From Gemmatimonadota bacterium (GTDB lineage Bacteria > Gemmatimonadota > Gemmatimonadetes > Longimicrobiales > Gaopeijiaceae), in contig JAXHMG010000003.1 in NCBI GenBank assembly GCA_034521595.1, forward strand, positions 256,001 through 320,000: DNA of 64,000 bases, read 5' to 3'. The notes below the pieces were generated by a model. It searched no databases. It worked only from the letters and a program-made list of their open reading frames with translations, and had not been told where the DNA came from. Position numbers and translations under genes: made by a program. This document shows, piece by piece, positions 39,525-48,802 of this stretch. Position 1 is the stretch's first letter. Each line of letters begins with the position of its first letter.

Positions 39525-39741
39525 CACTACACTCCTGAGTTGGAGCACACGAAAACCCGAGGTCACCGATTCGCCGTGCTCGCTAGACGATCACGACCGA
39601 GAACCGGCCTCGGGGGGAGCGCGACGGCTCCGGGACACGATCGACGTGCCCGGCGCTCGCCGCACCAAAGAAAGCCAACCTGTAAAATGGCTGACATGTT
39701 CGCGATAGAAACCCCCGTTACGAGGCTATCGCTCAGCATGC

Positions 39742-39781
39742 ACGATACGCGGCGAGATGCGTCACTGTCAACTAAAAAATA
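39742..39781 (-). promoter_or_regulatory. Sigma70-type promoter of susCD
   Basis: TTGACA (39771-39766)-N18-TATCGT (39747-39742), preceded by a T-rich UP-like tract. Confidence 0.65.
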
Positions 39782-39830
39782 CGGTCGCGGGAAAGCGCAG
39801 CGGGCGGTGGGGCAGGAATGGGGAATGCCG

Positions 39831-40340
39831 TCAGCGGCCGACCGGGATCGAGATGAACGGTGTCGGGATACGGATCTCCTGCGGTTGGTCTGGCTTGCGC
39901 CCCGCGTCCCCCCCGAAAGCGTCCATGATGGAGATGATGATGAACGCGGAGCCCGCGATCGCCCCTCCCGTGAGCAGCGCCGTCTTGCCCGTGTCCAACT
40001 CACGGCGCTCCACCTGGAGGATCTCGCCGCTGGGGACACGGATCGTCTGATCCAGAGACACCGTGTGGAAGCCTTCCCGACGTTGACCGACCCCCACCCT
40101 GAGCAGGACGTCGTTCGCTTCCCGACCCATCAGCGTGCCGCGGAGCGCGGGCACCTCGCCCTCGATGTCGGTGACCTCCAAGAGCTCGCTGGCGCCCTGT
40201 CGGGTGACCAGAACGCGGACGTCTTCGCCCGCGGGGGTGGACTCGAGCGTCGCCGGCACGTAGCTGAAGCAGCCGGAAAGGGAGAAGAGAAGGGCTGTCG
40301 CGGTCAGGGCCGCACGGGTACCGGTAGCAGGTCTGGTCAC
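39831..40340 (-). CDS. Hypothetical lipoprotein with a C-terminal hydrophobic helix
   Basis: Lipobox LSGC-FSYVP; beta-rich core; KTALLTGGAIAGSAFIII. GTG at 40340 with GAGG upstream. Confidence 0.7.
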   Translation of the reverse strand: MTRPATGTRAALTATALLFSLSGCFSYVPATLESTPAGEDVRVLVTRQGASELLEVTDIEGEVPALRGTLMGREANDVLLRVGVGQRREGFHTVSLDQTIRVPSGEILQVERRELDTGKTALLTGGAIAGSAFIIISIMDAFGGDAGRKPDQPQEIRIPTPFISIPVGR

Positions 40341-40378
40341 GGGGTGCCTCGAGGTGGGTGTGTGTCGAGCTTCGAACG

Positions 40379-41716
40379 TCAACGGAGGGAACGGAACAGG
40401 CGGTCCGCGAGCGTCGTCAACGTGGGCACGCCGACGCCGAGGACCACCGATCCGATCGTCTCGCTCGCGCCGGTTCCGTGGATCACGAGCATGTACCCCG
40501 AAGCGATGCCGAGTGCCGCCGTGAGGGACGTGGGGGTGATGCGGCCCCGTGACCGGTCGGTCTGGCCGCCCCACTGGGCGGCCGCGCTGCTTCCGAGCGC
40601 GGGAAGCGCCATGCTGAGGAAGCCGATGCCCGTCGTGGCCACGCCACCGCACCGTGTACGCAGCCCCAGGGAACCGGCGTCGGTGCGCCAGAGGCACTGG
40701 TCGGCAAGCGCGAGGCTCAGCCCGACCCCCACGGCGTTCGCGAGGAACGACGTGGCGAACACCCGCTTCCAGGCATAGGGTCGTGCCTCCTCGGTCCAGT
40801 CGAACCCGGCGTCGAGAGCCCCTTCCTCACCGGGGAGGCCGGTCGATCTGCGGCGTTCGGGGGGACGCCGGGTCTCGACGAGGAGCACGCCGTTGCCCGA
40901 GACGCTACCGTAGCGGGCTCCGGCTTCCGCGGGCGAGAGGATCTCCATGCGCTCGATGTCGGCGGGCCGGGTCGTCGTGTAGAAGAGCCCCGGGTCGGCG
41001 ATGCGCACGCCGTCCACGAACACGGTGAGCTCGCGGCATTCGCCTCCTCCCGAGCGGGCGCCGCGAAACTCGATGCACGCGCCTCCGAGGCGCCCGGGGC
41101 GCATGGAAGCGCCCGGGATCTCTTCGCGGAGGAGTTCATGGAGGCCACGGCCGGCTCGTCCGGCCAAGTCGATCTCGGGGCGTTCCACTTCGTTGATTTG
41201 CGCCCCGGTCGTCACGCGTCGCCGATCGAGATCCGTGAGCGTTTCGACCAGGAGCGGAGCCAACTCGATCGCGCGGGTCGAGATGCGGGCTTCCAGGGTG
41301 AGGTTCTCCGCCTCGTTCACCATGACCCGGCGCGCGTGCTCGCCGTACGACAGGTGCTCCAGCAGAAGCCGTTGCTCTCCGGCGGGGACGTCAGGGAGGG
41401 AGAACATGCCACGCTCGTCGGACAGCGTCTCGTGGTCGGAGCCCTCGATGCGCACCGCGACGTCTTCGACGGGTCTGCGGGTGTCCTCGTCGACGACGCG
41501 ACCGGTGATGGTACCGGTCTCGCTCGGTCGCTCGCCGGTGTCAGGCTCCTGGGCGGAGAGCGGGACGACCGGGATGCCGGCGAGGAGCGTGGCAGCGACC
41601 GCCACGACCGAAGCGAGGCGGGGCAGTGAGGCCCGTCGGGCCTGCCCACCCTGCCGATCCGACGAAGCCTGCGACACGTCGCGCGGGCCTCCCGTGAACT
41701 GCGGCGAAGTGCTCAT
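40379..41716 (-). CDS. CarboxypepD_reg plus TonB-plug-like domain plus C-terminal membrane helices (no beta-barrel)
   Basis: GTITGRVVD...SDERGMFSL; VFVDGV...DIERMEIL.PAEAGARYG..SGNGVLLVETR; hydrophobic tail. Confidence 0.75.
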   Translation of the reverse strand: MSTSPQFTGGPRDVSQASSDRQGGQARRASLPRLASVVAVAATLLAGIPVVPLSAQEPDTGERPSETGTITGRVVDEDTRRPVEDVAVRIEGSDHETLSDERGMFSLPDVPAGEQRLLLEHLSYGEHARRVMVNEAENLTLEARISTRAIELAPLLVETLTDLDRRRVTTGAQINEVERPEIDLAGRAGRGLHELLREEIPGASMRPGRLGGACIEFRGARSGGGECRELTVFVDGVRIADPGLFYTTTRPADIERMEILSPAEAGARYGSVSGNGVLLVETRRPPERRRSTGLPGEEGALDAGFDWTEEARPYAWKRVFATSFLANAVGVGLSLALADQCLWRTDAGSLGLRTRCGGVATTGIGFLSMALPALGSSAAAQWGGQTDRSRGRITPTSLTAALGIASGYMLVIHGTGASETIGSVVLGVGVPTLTTLADRLFRSLR

Positions 41717-42056
41717 GTTTCGATTCTCGCGAAGGGACGTGTACGATACACGGCCCGCCGAGCGACGGTTCCGGTACCGAAACCGTCGCCGTTGGGGCGG
41801 CCCATCCTGTGGAACGCCCGGCTCCGCGGCACGAGGCGCCCACGCCCCTCCGAACATGCGCCCCTCGGCCCCGGGTCTGCAAGGCTGTTGCGCACCCTTC
41901 GTCGCGCTCTCCTTCGGAACGTGTGAGCGGACCAACGCCGCACTAGCAGGCGTTCCAGTAACTAGGAGAGGCGACACGAGTGGTTGACCCCCTCCGTCCG
42001 CCCGCTACCGTTCGGGCACGGCCGTCCGCTTCCACCATTCCCACCGACTCGAGACG

Positions 42057-43337
42057 ATGACCTCATTGCTGGACGAGCTCCGCTGGCGCGGGCTGCTCCA
42101 AGATGCCACACAGGGAGTCGAAGAGCATCTCGCGGAAGGCTCCCGGGTCGGGTATATCGGCTTCGACCCTACGGCCCGCAGCCTCCACGTGGGGTCGCTT
42201 CTGGTCATCATGGGTCTCGTCCACCTCCAACGGGCCGGGCACACGCCGATCGCGCTCGTGGGGGGAGGCACCGGCCTGATCGGTGATCCCTCGGGCAAGA
42301 CCGCCGAACGTCAGCTGTTGACCGCGGAGGCGGCTCGGGAGAACGCGGAGGCGATTCGGGCGCAGCTCGAGCGGTTTCTCGACTTCGGGGCCGTGTCGAA
42401 CGCGGCACGCATGCGCAACAACCTCGACTGGCTGGGGGGGCTCGGCCTGGTCGATTTCCTGCGCGACATCGGCAAGCACTTCTCCGTGAATCAGCTGATG
42501 GCCAAGGAGTCGGTGAAGCGTCGACTCGAAGGCGAGGATGCGGGGATCTCCTATACGGAGTTCAGCTACGCGCTCCTGCAGTCCTTCGACTTCCTGGAGC
42601 TCTACCGGCGGGAGGGGTGCACCCTCCAGATGGGGGGCAGCGACCAGTGGGGGAACATCACCGCGGGAATCGACTTGGTGCGCCGTGCCGACGGCGGGCG
42701 CGCGTACGGTGCGGTCATGCCCCTCGTGACCAACGCCTCGGGCGCCAAGTTCGGCAAGTCCGAGGGCGGGAACGTGTGGCTGGACCCCGACCTGACGTCT
42801 CCGTACGCCTTCTATCAGTTTTGGGTCAACGTCGATGACGCGGACGTCGTCCGGTACTTGAAGTACTTCACCTTGCTCGACCGGACCGAGATCGCCGCGC
42901 TCGCGGAGGCAGTGGAGCGGGAGCCCCACCGTCGGGCGGCTCAAAAGGCCCTCGCCGAGGACGTGACGCGGCGGGTCCACGGCGACTCCGGCTTGGCCGA
43001 TGCGGAACGGGCGACGGCGGCGCTGTTCGGGGGCAGCCTCGACGGTTTGTCGTCCCCCGAGATTCAGGAGATCTTCGCCGACGTTCCGTCGACCGGCGTG
43101 GCGCGTGCATCGTTCGAAGGCGACGGGAGGGCGCTCGTGGACCTTCTCGTCGAGGTCGGAGTGGCCAGCTCGAAGGGCGACGCGCGAAGAGCGGTCGAAG
43201 GGGGCGGAGTCTACCTGAACAATCGGCGGGTGGAGGCGGTCGATGCGCGGGTCGGCACGGAGGTGGCGATCGATGGGCGGTACGTGATCCTTCGCAAGGG
43301 AAAGCGTCGCTACCACGTCGTGGAGCTGCTCGGATGA
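42057..43337 (+). CDS. tyrS: Tyrosine--tRNA ligase
   Basis: GFDPTARSLHVGS, QMGGSDQWGNI, KFGKS, C-terminal S4 domain. Confidence 0.98.
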   Translation: MTSLLDELRWRGLLQDATQGVEEHLAEGSRVGYIGFDPTARSLHVGSLLVIMGLVHLQRAGHTPIALVGGGTGLIGDPSGKTAERQLLTAEAARENAEAIRAQLERFLDFGAVSNAARMRNNLDWLGGLGLVDFLRDIGKHFSVNQLMAKESVKRRLEGEDAGISYTEFSYALLQSFDFLELYRREGCTLQMGGSDQWGNITAGIDLVRRADGGRAYGAVMPLVTNASGAKFGKSEGGNVWLDPDLTSPYAFYQFWVNVDDADVVRYLKYFTLLDRTEIAALAEAVEREPHRRAAQKALAEDVTRRVHGDSGLADAERATAALFGGSLDGLSSPEIQEIFADVPSTGVARASFEGDGRALVDLLVEVGVASSKGDARRAVEGGGVYLNNRRVEAVDARVGTEVAIDGRYVILRKGKRRYHVVELLG

Positions 43338-43359
43338 CGCTCGCTCCGGGCTCGAGCCG

Positions 43360-44964
43360 GTGACGGGGTCCGGCGTGACGGGCGCTTCCGCGTCCGAGCC
43401 GGACGGGGGGGCCCACGACGGCTACGACATGATCGTCGTCGGATCGGGCATCGCGGGTCTGTACGCCGCGCTCGAGGCACCGGGCCGGGTGCTCGTCGTC
43501 ACCAAAGGGGCCATCGAGGAGGCCTCGACGCGCTATGCCCAGGGGGGGATCGCGGCGGCCGTCGGGCCCGGCGACGATCCTTCGCTCCATCTCGAGGACA
43601 CGCTGGAAGCCGGAGCGGGCCTCGTGGACGAGGAGGCCGCCCGGATCCTCTGCTTCGAGGCGGCCGACCGGGTCGCGGACCTCGTGCGGTACGGAGTGCG
43701 GTTCGACACCGCGGACGGCGAAGTCGAGCTGGGACGGGAAGCCGCGCACTCCAGGGCCCGGATCCTTCATGCCCGGGGCGATGCGACCGGCTTGGAGGTC
43801 GAGCTCTCGCTTTCGGCGCTCGCGCGGAGCCGGGGCACCGTCCTCGAGCATGCGCTCGCGAGCCGGATCGTGACGGAGGAGGGGCGGGTGCGGGGCGTGG
43901 AGGTGTTCTTCGAACGCGAGGGGCGGCATCGGTTCTACAGTGCGCCGGTCGTCGTGCTCGCAACCGGGGGGGCGGGCAGGATGTACCGGACCACCACGAA
44001 CCCTCCCGTCTCCACCGGTGACGGCGTGGCGCTCGCCTACGAGGCGGGAGCCGACATCATGGACATGGAGTTCACGCAGTTCCACCCGACGGCGCTGAAG
44101 CTTCCCGACAAGCCGGTCTTCCTGATTTCCGAAGCGGTCCGCGGGGAGGGCGCCCGCCTCTTCAACACCCGGGGCGAGCGCTTCATGCCGCGGTACGATC
44201 CGGAGCACTCCGAGCTGGCCAGTCGGGACGTGGTCGCGCGGGCGGCGCTTCGCGAGATGCTCGAGACGGAGAGCGACCACGTCCTGCTCGATGCCACGAT
44301 GCGGGACTCGGGGTGGTTGGCGGCCCGTTTCCCGAAGATCTACGCGACCTGCCTCGAGGCGGGCATCGATATGGCGCGGGACAGGATCCCCGTGTCGCCG
44401 GCGGCGCATTACACGATGGGCGGCGTTCGCACCAACACGTGGGGCGAGACGACCGTCTCGGGGTTGTTCGCGGTGGGGGAGGCCGCCTGCACGGGGGTGC
44501 ACGGGGCGAACCGGCTGGCGTCCAACTCGCTTCTCGAGACCGTGGTTTTCGCCCATCGAGCGGTGCAGCGGATCGTGGACCCTCCGCGGCCGACGCCCGC
44601 CCCGCTGGCGCCGGCGGGCGACGCCCATACCTTGCCTCGGGACGCGAAGGACGTGGAGGCGCCGACGGCACGGGACATCCAGGAGCTCATGTGGCGGGAG
44701 GTGGGCATCGTGAGAACGGGCGAGGGACTCGAGCGAGCGTCCGGGTGCCTGGGCGCGTGGGCCGTCGCCACCGACGAGGGTTCGGCGAGCCGCGAGGGCT
44801 ACGAGCTCCGCGCCATCCTGACGTGCGCGCGCCTGGCCACGGATGCGGCGCGTCGAAGGGAAGAATCGCGCGGGGCCCACTTCCGGTCCGACCATCCCGA
44901 GCCCGACGAGCGCTGGCGCCGTCACATCGTGTACCGGCGGGAGCCGCGTGAGGGAAGGGGCTAG
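43360..44964 (+). CDS. nadB: L-aspartate oxidase
   Basis: GSGIAGL, YAQGGIA, EAAHSRARILH, QFHPT, LISEAVRGEG, TGVHGANRLASNSLLE, ESRGAH. Confidence 0.95.
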   Translation: MTGSGVTGASASEPDGGAHDGYDMIVVGSGIAGLYAALEAPGRVLVVTKGAIEEASTRYAQGGIAAAVGPGDDPSLHLEDTLEAGAGLVDEEAARILCFEAADRVADLVRYGVRFDTADGEVELGREAAHSRARILHARGDATGLEVELSLSALARSRGTVLEHALASRIVTEEGRVRGVEVFFEREGRHRFYSAPVVVLATGGAGRMYRTTTNPPVSTGDGVALAYEAGADIMDMEFTQFHPTALKLPDKPVFLISEAVRGEGARLFNTRGERFMPRYDPEHSELASRDVVARAALREMLETESDHVLLDATMRDSGWLAARFPKIYATCLEAGIDMARDRIPVSPAAHYTMGGVRTNTWGETTVSGLFAVGEAACTGVHGANRLASNSLLETVVFAHRAVQRIVDPPRPTPAPLAPAGDAHTLPRDAKDVEAPTARDIQELMWREVGIVRTGEGLERASGCLGAWAVATDEGSASREGYELRAILTCARLATDAARRREESRGAHFRSDHPEPDERWRRHIVYRREPREGRG

Positions 44965-44968
44965 CGAC

Positions 44969-45853
44969 GTGTCTGGTCATCGAGCGCTCGTCGTGCAGGT
45001 CGAAGCCGTGCAGGGGTGGTTTCAGGAGTGGAGCTTGACGGGCAACGTCGTTCTGACCGCGCTCCTGGTTGCCGGTCTGCTGCTCGCCTACCGCTTGGCG
45101 CGCCGGACCCTGCGGGCGCGTCGGTGGATTACGTCGGAGGTGCGAAAGCGGTGGATCGTGATGGCGCGCAACGCGGCCATCCTGATCCTTCTCCTCGGGC
45201 TGGTGATCGTCTGGGCCCAGGAGCTCCAGACGCTGGCGCTCTCCCTCGTGGCGATCTCCGTCGCCCTGGTGATCGCGGTCAAGGAGCTACTCCTGTGCGT
45301 CGGAGGCGAGATCCTCCGCTCGAGCACGCGCCTCTTCACGGTGGGTAGCCGGATCGAGGTGAACGGGGTGCGGGGCGACGTGATCGACCTCAATCTGCTG
45401 ACCACCACGGTCATGGAGGTCGGGCCCGGCCACGCCGCCCACAAGTACACGGGGCGGGTGAGCCTCATTCCCAACTCGCTCTTTCTGACGTATCCGATTT
45501 ACAACGAGAGCTTCACCGAACCCTACCTTCTCCACACGTTCACCGTGGCCGTGCGCCCGGATGCCTGGTCCGAGGCGGAGCGCGCGATGAGCCGGGCGGC
45601 CAGGAAGGTGTGCGAGGAGTACCTGGACCGGGCACGCCGGCACATCGAGGCGTTGGGGGAGCGGGAGGGCCTCGGCACGCCCTCGACCGATCCCGACATC
45701 TCGCTGCGGATGCCCGATCCGGACCGGATGGAGCTCATCGTTCGCATTCCCGTCCCCATGCGGCGGAAGCACGAGGTGCAGCAGCAGATCCTGCGGCGCT
45801 TCTTCGAGCTCTTCGAAAAGAGCGGGAAGCTGCGGGCGCCGCCTCAGCCGTGA
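44969..45853 (+). CDS. Small-conductance mechanosensitive channel (MscS) family
   Basis: Three TM segments, then FTVGSRIEVNGVRGDVIDLNLLTT...IPNS. Confidence 0.88.
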   Translation: MSGHRALVVQVEAVQGWFQEWSLTGNVVLTALLVAGLLLAYRLARRTLRARRWITSEVRKRWIVMARNAAILILLLGLVIVWAQELQTLALSLVAISVALVIAVKELLLCVGGEILRSSTRLFTVGSRIEVNGVRGDVIDLNLLTTTVMEVGPGHAAHKYTGRVSLIPNSLFLTYPIYNESFTEPYLLHTFTVAVRPDAWSEAERAMSRAARKVCEEYLDRARRHIEALGEREGLGTPSTDPDISLRMPDPDRMELIVRIPVPMRRKHEVQQQILRRFFELFEKSGKLRAPPQP

Positions 45854-45884
45854 GCTACGGCCGGGCGCTTCCGCGTCGCCTCAT

Positions 45885-47330
45885 CTACCGCAGCGGCCAC
45901 CCTTGCCGCGTCGTGAGCTCCGCCTCCAGGTCCCGGGAGGCGATGAGGCGGCCGAGGTGGGAGGCCTCGGCCGGATCGGCGTAGCCGCCGGCGTAGATCC
46001 GGTAGCGAACCGAGCGGTCCGTGTAGGTGACCCGGGCGAGCCGCGCGGGCACGCCTCGGTCCCGGACGCGGGCGAGCTCCCTCGTGGCCTCGTCGCGGGT
46101 CGACGCGCCGCCCAGGTCGAAGACGAGGTGGGTGCTTCGGACGATCCAGGAGGCGGCGTCTCCGCCCACGACGGAGGCGAGCTCGGAAGCGAGCGCCGTG
46201 GCGGATGCGGAGTCCGGGGCCAGGCCCGCCAACACGCGATGGTACACGATGCCGTCGACCTCGACCGGGGCGATGAAGCGGGCCACGTCGGGCGCGAGCT
46301 CGGCGAGCTCGTCCAGGTGGGCGCTGGCGCGGGCCGAGTCGCGGTAGGCCGCCAGCGCGACGGAGAAATCCGCCATGGGGGCGATCGGGTGGGGCGCATC
46401 GAAAGCGGTGGCCGCCTCAGCCACGGCGGCTTCCTCGTCCGCGCCCGTCGGGTCCGGGGCCGATGCGTCCACGTCCGGCCGGAGCGACAGCCAGGACGTC
46501 GCCGCGACGGCCACGACGATGAGGGCCGCCGTCATCACCGTGCGGCCCCGCGGACGTCGTCGCTTCCTCCCTTCTGGCGCGTGTTGGGCTTCCGCCCCTT
46601 CCGCCTCGTCGCTCGCGGGACCCGAGGCGTCGAACCCGAGCAGGGGCGCGGAGCCGGCGGGCTGGTGCCCCGTGGGATCGGGATCGGGCCGGGGGAGCGC
46701 CATCGGTCCGAGCACGGCGAGGACGGGGACGTCCGGGGGCAGGGGCCACGTCCGGGAGCCGTGCTGCTCCCGGAGCTCCACGACCTCGGTGGCGGGGGAC
46801 AAAACGTTTCCGAGCCAGGGGACGTCGGCGGCGACGTACGCGACGATCGTCACGCCGGCTTCGGCGAACGCGCGGCAGAACCGCATCCAGCGCTCCCGAT
46901 GGAAGGCGGCCGCCGGATCTTCCGGTGCGATTCCGGCCGGCACGCAGAACAAACGGCCGGGCTCGACGGTTCGTGTGGCGGCGTCCACGGTCTCGGCACC
47001 GGCCATGATCTCCGCCAGGCCGGGCGTGTTGTGCACTCCCAGCGTGTGGTGCAGGCGCGGCCGCGCCAGGCTCGTATCGACGAGGACGATGCGGGGCGTC
47101 GCTTGGTCGTCGAGCCAGGTCCGGGCCAGCTCGGCCGTCACCGATACGGCCCAATCGGAACGGGCCAGCTCCGTGGATGCGACGACCACCACCACCCGCC
47201 CGTCCGCCCGCTCCGCGGCGGGCAGGCTCGGCGCGTCGGCAGGGTCGAACGGCGTCCACGCCACGCCGGTGCCGGGCTGCGGCGTGCTGGGCTCCAGGCC
47301 GTTGGGGTTGACGTCGGGGGAGGTGGTCAA
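45885..47330 (-). CDS. Degenerate CapB/MinD-like P-loop domain, TM segment and tandem SPOR-like domains
   Basis: RIVLVDTSLARPRLH...PGLAEIMAG...LFCVPAG; single TM; YHRVLAG and YRIYAGGY SPOR-like motifs. Start uncertain. Confidence 0.7.
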   Translation of the reverse strand: MTTSPDVNPNGLEPSTPQPGTGVAWTPFDPADAPSLPAAERADGRVVVVVASTELARSDWAVSVTAELARTWLDDQATPRIVLVDTSLARPRLHHTLGVHNTPGLAEIMAGAETVDAATRTVEPGRLFCVPAGIAPEDPAAAFHRERWMRFCRAFAEAGVTIVAYVAADVPWLGNVLSPATEVVELREQHGSRTWPLPPDVPVLAVLGPMALPRPDPDPTGHQPAGSAPLLGFDASGPASDEAEGAEAQHAPEGRKRRRPRGRTVMTAALIVVAVAATSWLSLRPDVDASAPDPTGADEEAAVAEAATAFDAPHPIAPMADFSVALAAYRDSARASAHLDELAELAPDVARFIAPVEVDGIVYHRVLAGLAPDSASATALASELASVVGGDAASWIVRSTHLVFDLGGASTRDEATRELARVRDRGVPARLARVTYTDRSVRYRIYAGGYADPAEASHLGRLIASRDLEAELTTRQGWPLR

Positions 47331-47491
47331 TGGGTCGAGCGGACTTCGGCGGTCGGGACGTCGGCGGTGGCCGGATCGTCGTGATCGTCACCAATCTACC
47401 GGGAACGGCCGTGCCTGCCAGCGCTGCGGGCGCGTGGGGACCCGGGCCGGTGGCTTCCGTCCGGGCTGATCCGTTCATATCCTTTCAGGTA

Positions 47492-47532
47492 CCGCCGTCC
47501 CGGTCAGGATCCGGGACGGCGGCTTGCTTTCT
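47492..47532 (+). terminator. Terminator-like hairpin in the greA leader
   Basis: 12-bp perfect stem ccgccgtcccgg / ccgggacggcgg followed by cttgctttct. Confidence 0.45.
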
Positions 47533-47579
47533 CCGGCCCTGCGCCGACTCCGGTCCGCGCTCGCTACACGAGGTGCTCC

Positions 47580-48074
47580 ATGCTGAAAGAGATCCGAGAG
47601 AAGATCGAGGGCGAGATCGAACGTCTGACGCACGAGCTCCAGGTGGAGCTGCCCGAGCGGATCAAGATCGCGATGGAGCACGGCGACCTGCGCGAGAACT
47701 CGGAATACAAATCCGCCAAGGAGCGGCAGTCGTTCGTGGAAGCGCGGCTGAATCATCTGACGTCACGGATGTCCGAGCTGTCGAAGATCGACGTCTCGGA
47801 GATGGCGTACGACAAGGTGGGATTCGGCTCACGGGTGAGCGTGCTCGATGTCGCGAACGACGAGGAGTACGAGTTCACCATCACGGCGGGCGACTTCATC
47901 GACCTCGACGCGGGACAGGTATCGCTGGCTTCCCCGATCGGTCAGGGGTTGATGGGGGCCGCCGAGGGAGAGGAGGTGACCGTGGAGCTCCCCGTGGGCG
48001 ACCGTCAGTACAAGGTGCTGGAGCTCCGCACTCTGCCTCAGCAGCTCGAGGACGGGTCGGAGGAGGAGGAATGA
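47580..48074 (+). CDS. greA: Transcription elongation factor GreA
   Basis: HGDLRENSEYKSAKERQ; VGFGSRV; SLASPIGQGLMG. Confidence 0.93.
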   Translation: MLKEIREKIEGEIERLTHELQVELPERIKIAMEHGDLRENSEYKSAKERQSFVEARLNHLTSRMSELSKIDVSEMAYDKVGFGSRVSVLDVANDEEYEFTITAGDFIDLDAGQVSLASPIGQGLMGAAEGEEVTVELPVGDRQYKVLELRTLPQQLEDGSEEEE

Positions 48075-48112
48075 CGCTGCCTCTTCCGTCGACCGGGTAG
48101 GCGCAGCCGCGC

Positions 48113-48802
48113 ATGGAGCGGACCCTGGCCGTCGACGTGCGCGCGGTTCGCAAGGGCTACCGAGAGGGGGACCGCGAGCACGTGGTGCTCGACGGCGTGG
48201 ACGCTTCGGTCGCCGCCGGCGAGCGGGTGGCGGTGCTCGGCCCGTCGGGATCGGGCAAATCCACGCTCCTGAACCTCATCGGAGGCATCGACCGACCCGA
48301 CGCCGGCACGATCCGGGTCGGTGGCGTCGATCTCACGGCCTTGCCGGAGCGGGACCGGACCGCGTTCCGCCGGGAGCACCTGGGCTTCATCTTCCAGTTC
48401 TTCAACCTGCTTCCGACCCTCACGGTGCTCGAGAACCTCCTCCTGCCCCTCGAGCTGAACGGAGCGTCGGGCCCGAACGAGACCGACCGCGCGCATGGGC
48501 TGCTGGACGCGGTCGGGCTGGCCGACCGGGCCGGCGCGTATCCGGACCGGCTCTCCGGGGGTGAGCAGCAGCGCGTGGCCGTGGCGCGTGCGATCGTGCA
48601 CCGTCCGCGGCTGGTGCTGGCGGACGAGCCCACGGGCAACCTGGACGAGGACACGGGGGAGACCGTGGTGGGGCTCCTCGACGAGTTGGTCGAACGGGAC
48701 GGTCTCAGCCTCGTGGTGGTCACGCATTCCCGCGAGCTCGCGGGACATATGGACCGCGTGCTCCGCGTCAGTCACGGCCGGGTGATCCCCGACGCCTCGT
48801 GA
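48113..48802 (+). CDS. ABC transporter ATP-binding protein (LolD/MacB type)
   Basis: GPSGSGKST, LSGGEQQRV, LADEPTGNLD. Confidence 0.95.
   Translation: MERTLAVDVRAVRKGYREGDREHVVLDGVDASVAAGERVAVLGPSGSGKSTLLNLIGGIDRPDAGTIRVGGVDLTALPERDRTAFRREHLGFIFQFFNLLPTLTVLENLLLPLELNGASGPNETDRAHGLLDAVGLADRAGAYPDRLSGGEQQRVAVARAIVHRPRLVLADEPTGNLDEDTGETVVGLLDELVERDGLSLVVVTHSRELAGHMDRVLRVSHGRVIPDAS

Noticed and set aside
14700-39800. Genomic island, since the region looks somewhat less GC-rich than its flanks
   Set aside because: This impression was not computed; no integrase, tRNA or flanking direct repeats were seen, and acidic exported proteins could explain the shift.
41717-42056. T-box leader upstream of tyrS
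   Set aside because: No T-box consensus was seen, and a promoter-like TTGACC-N16-TACCGT lies only about 45 nt before the start.
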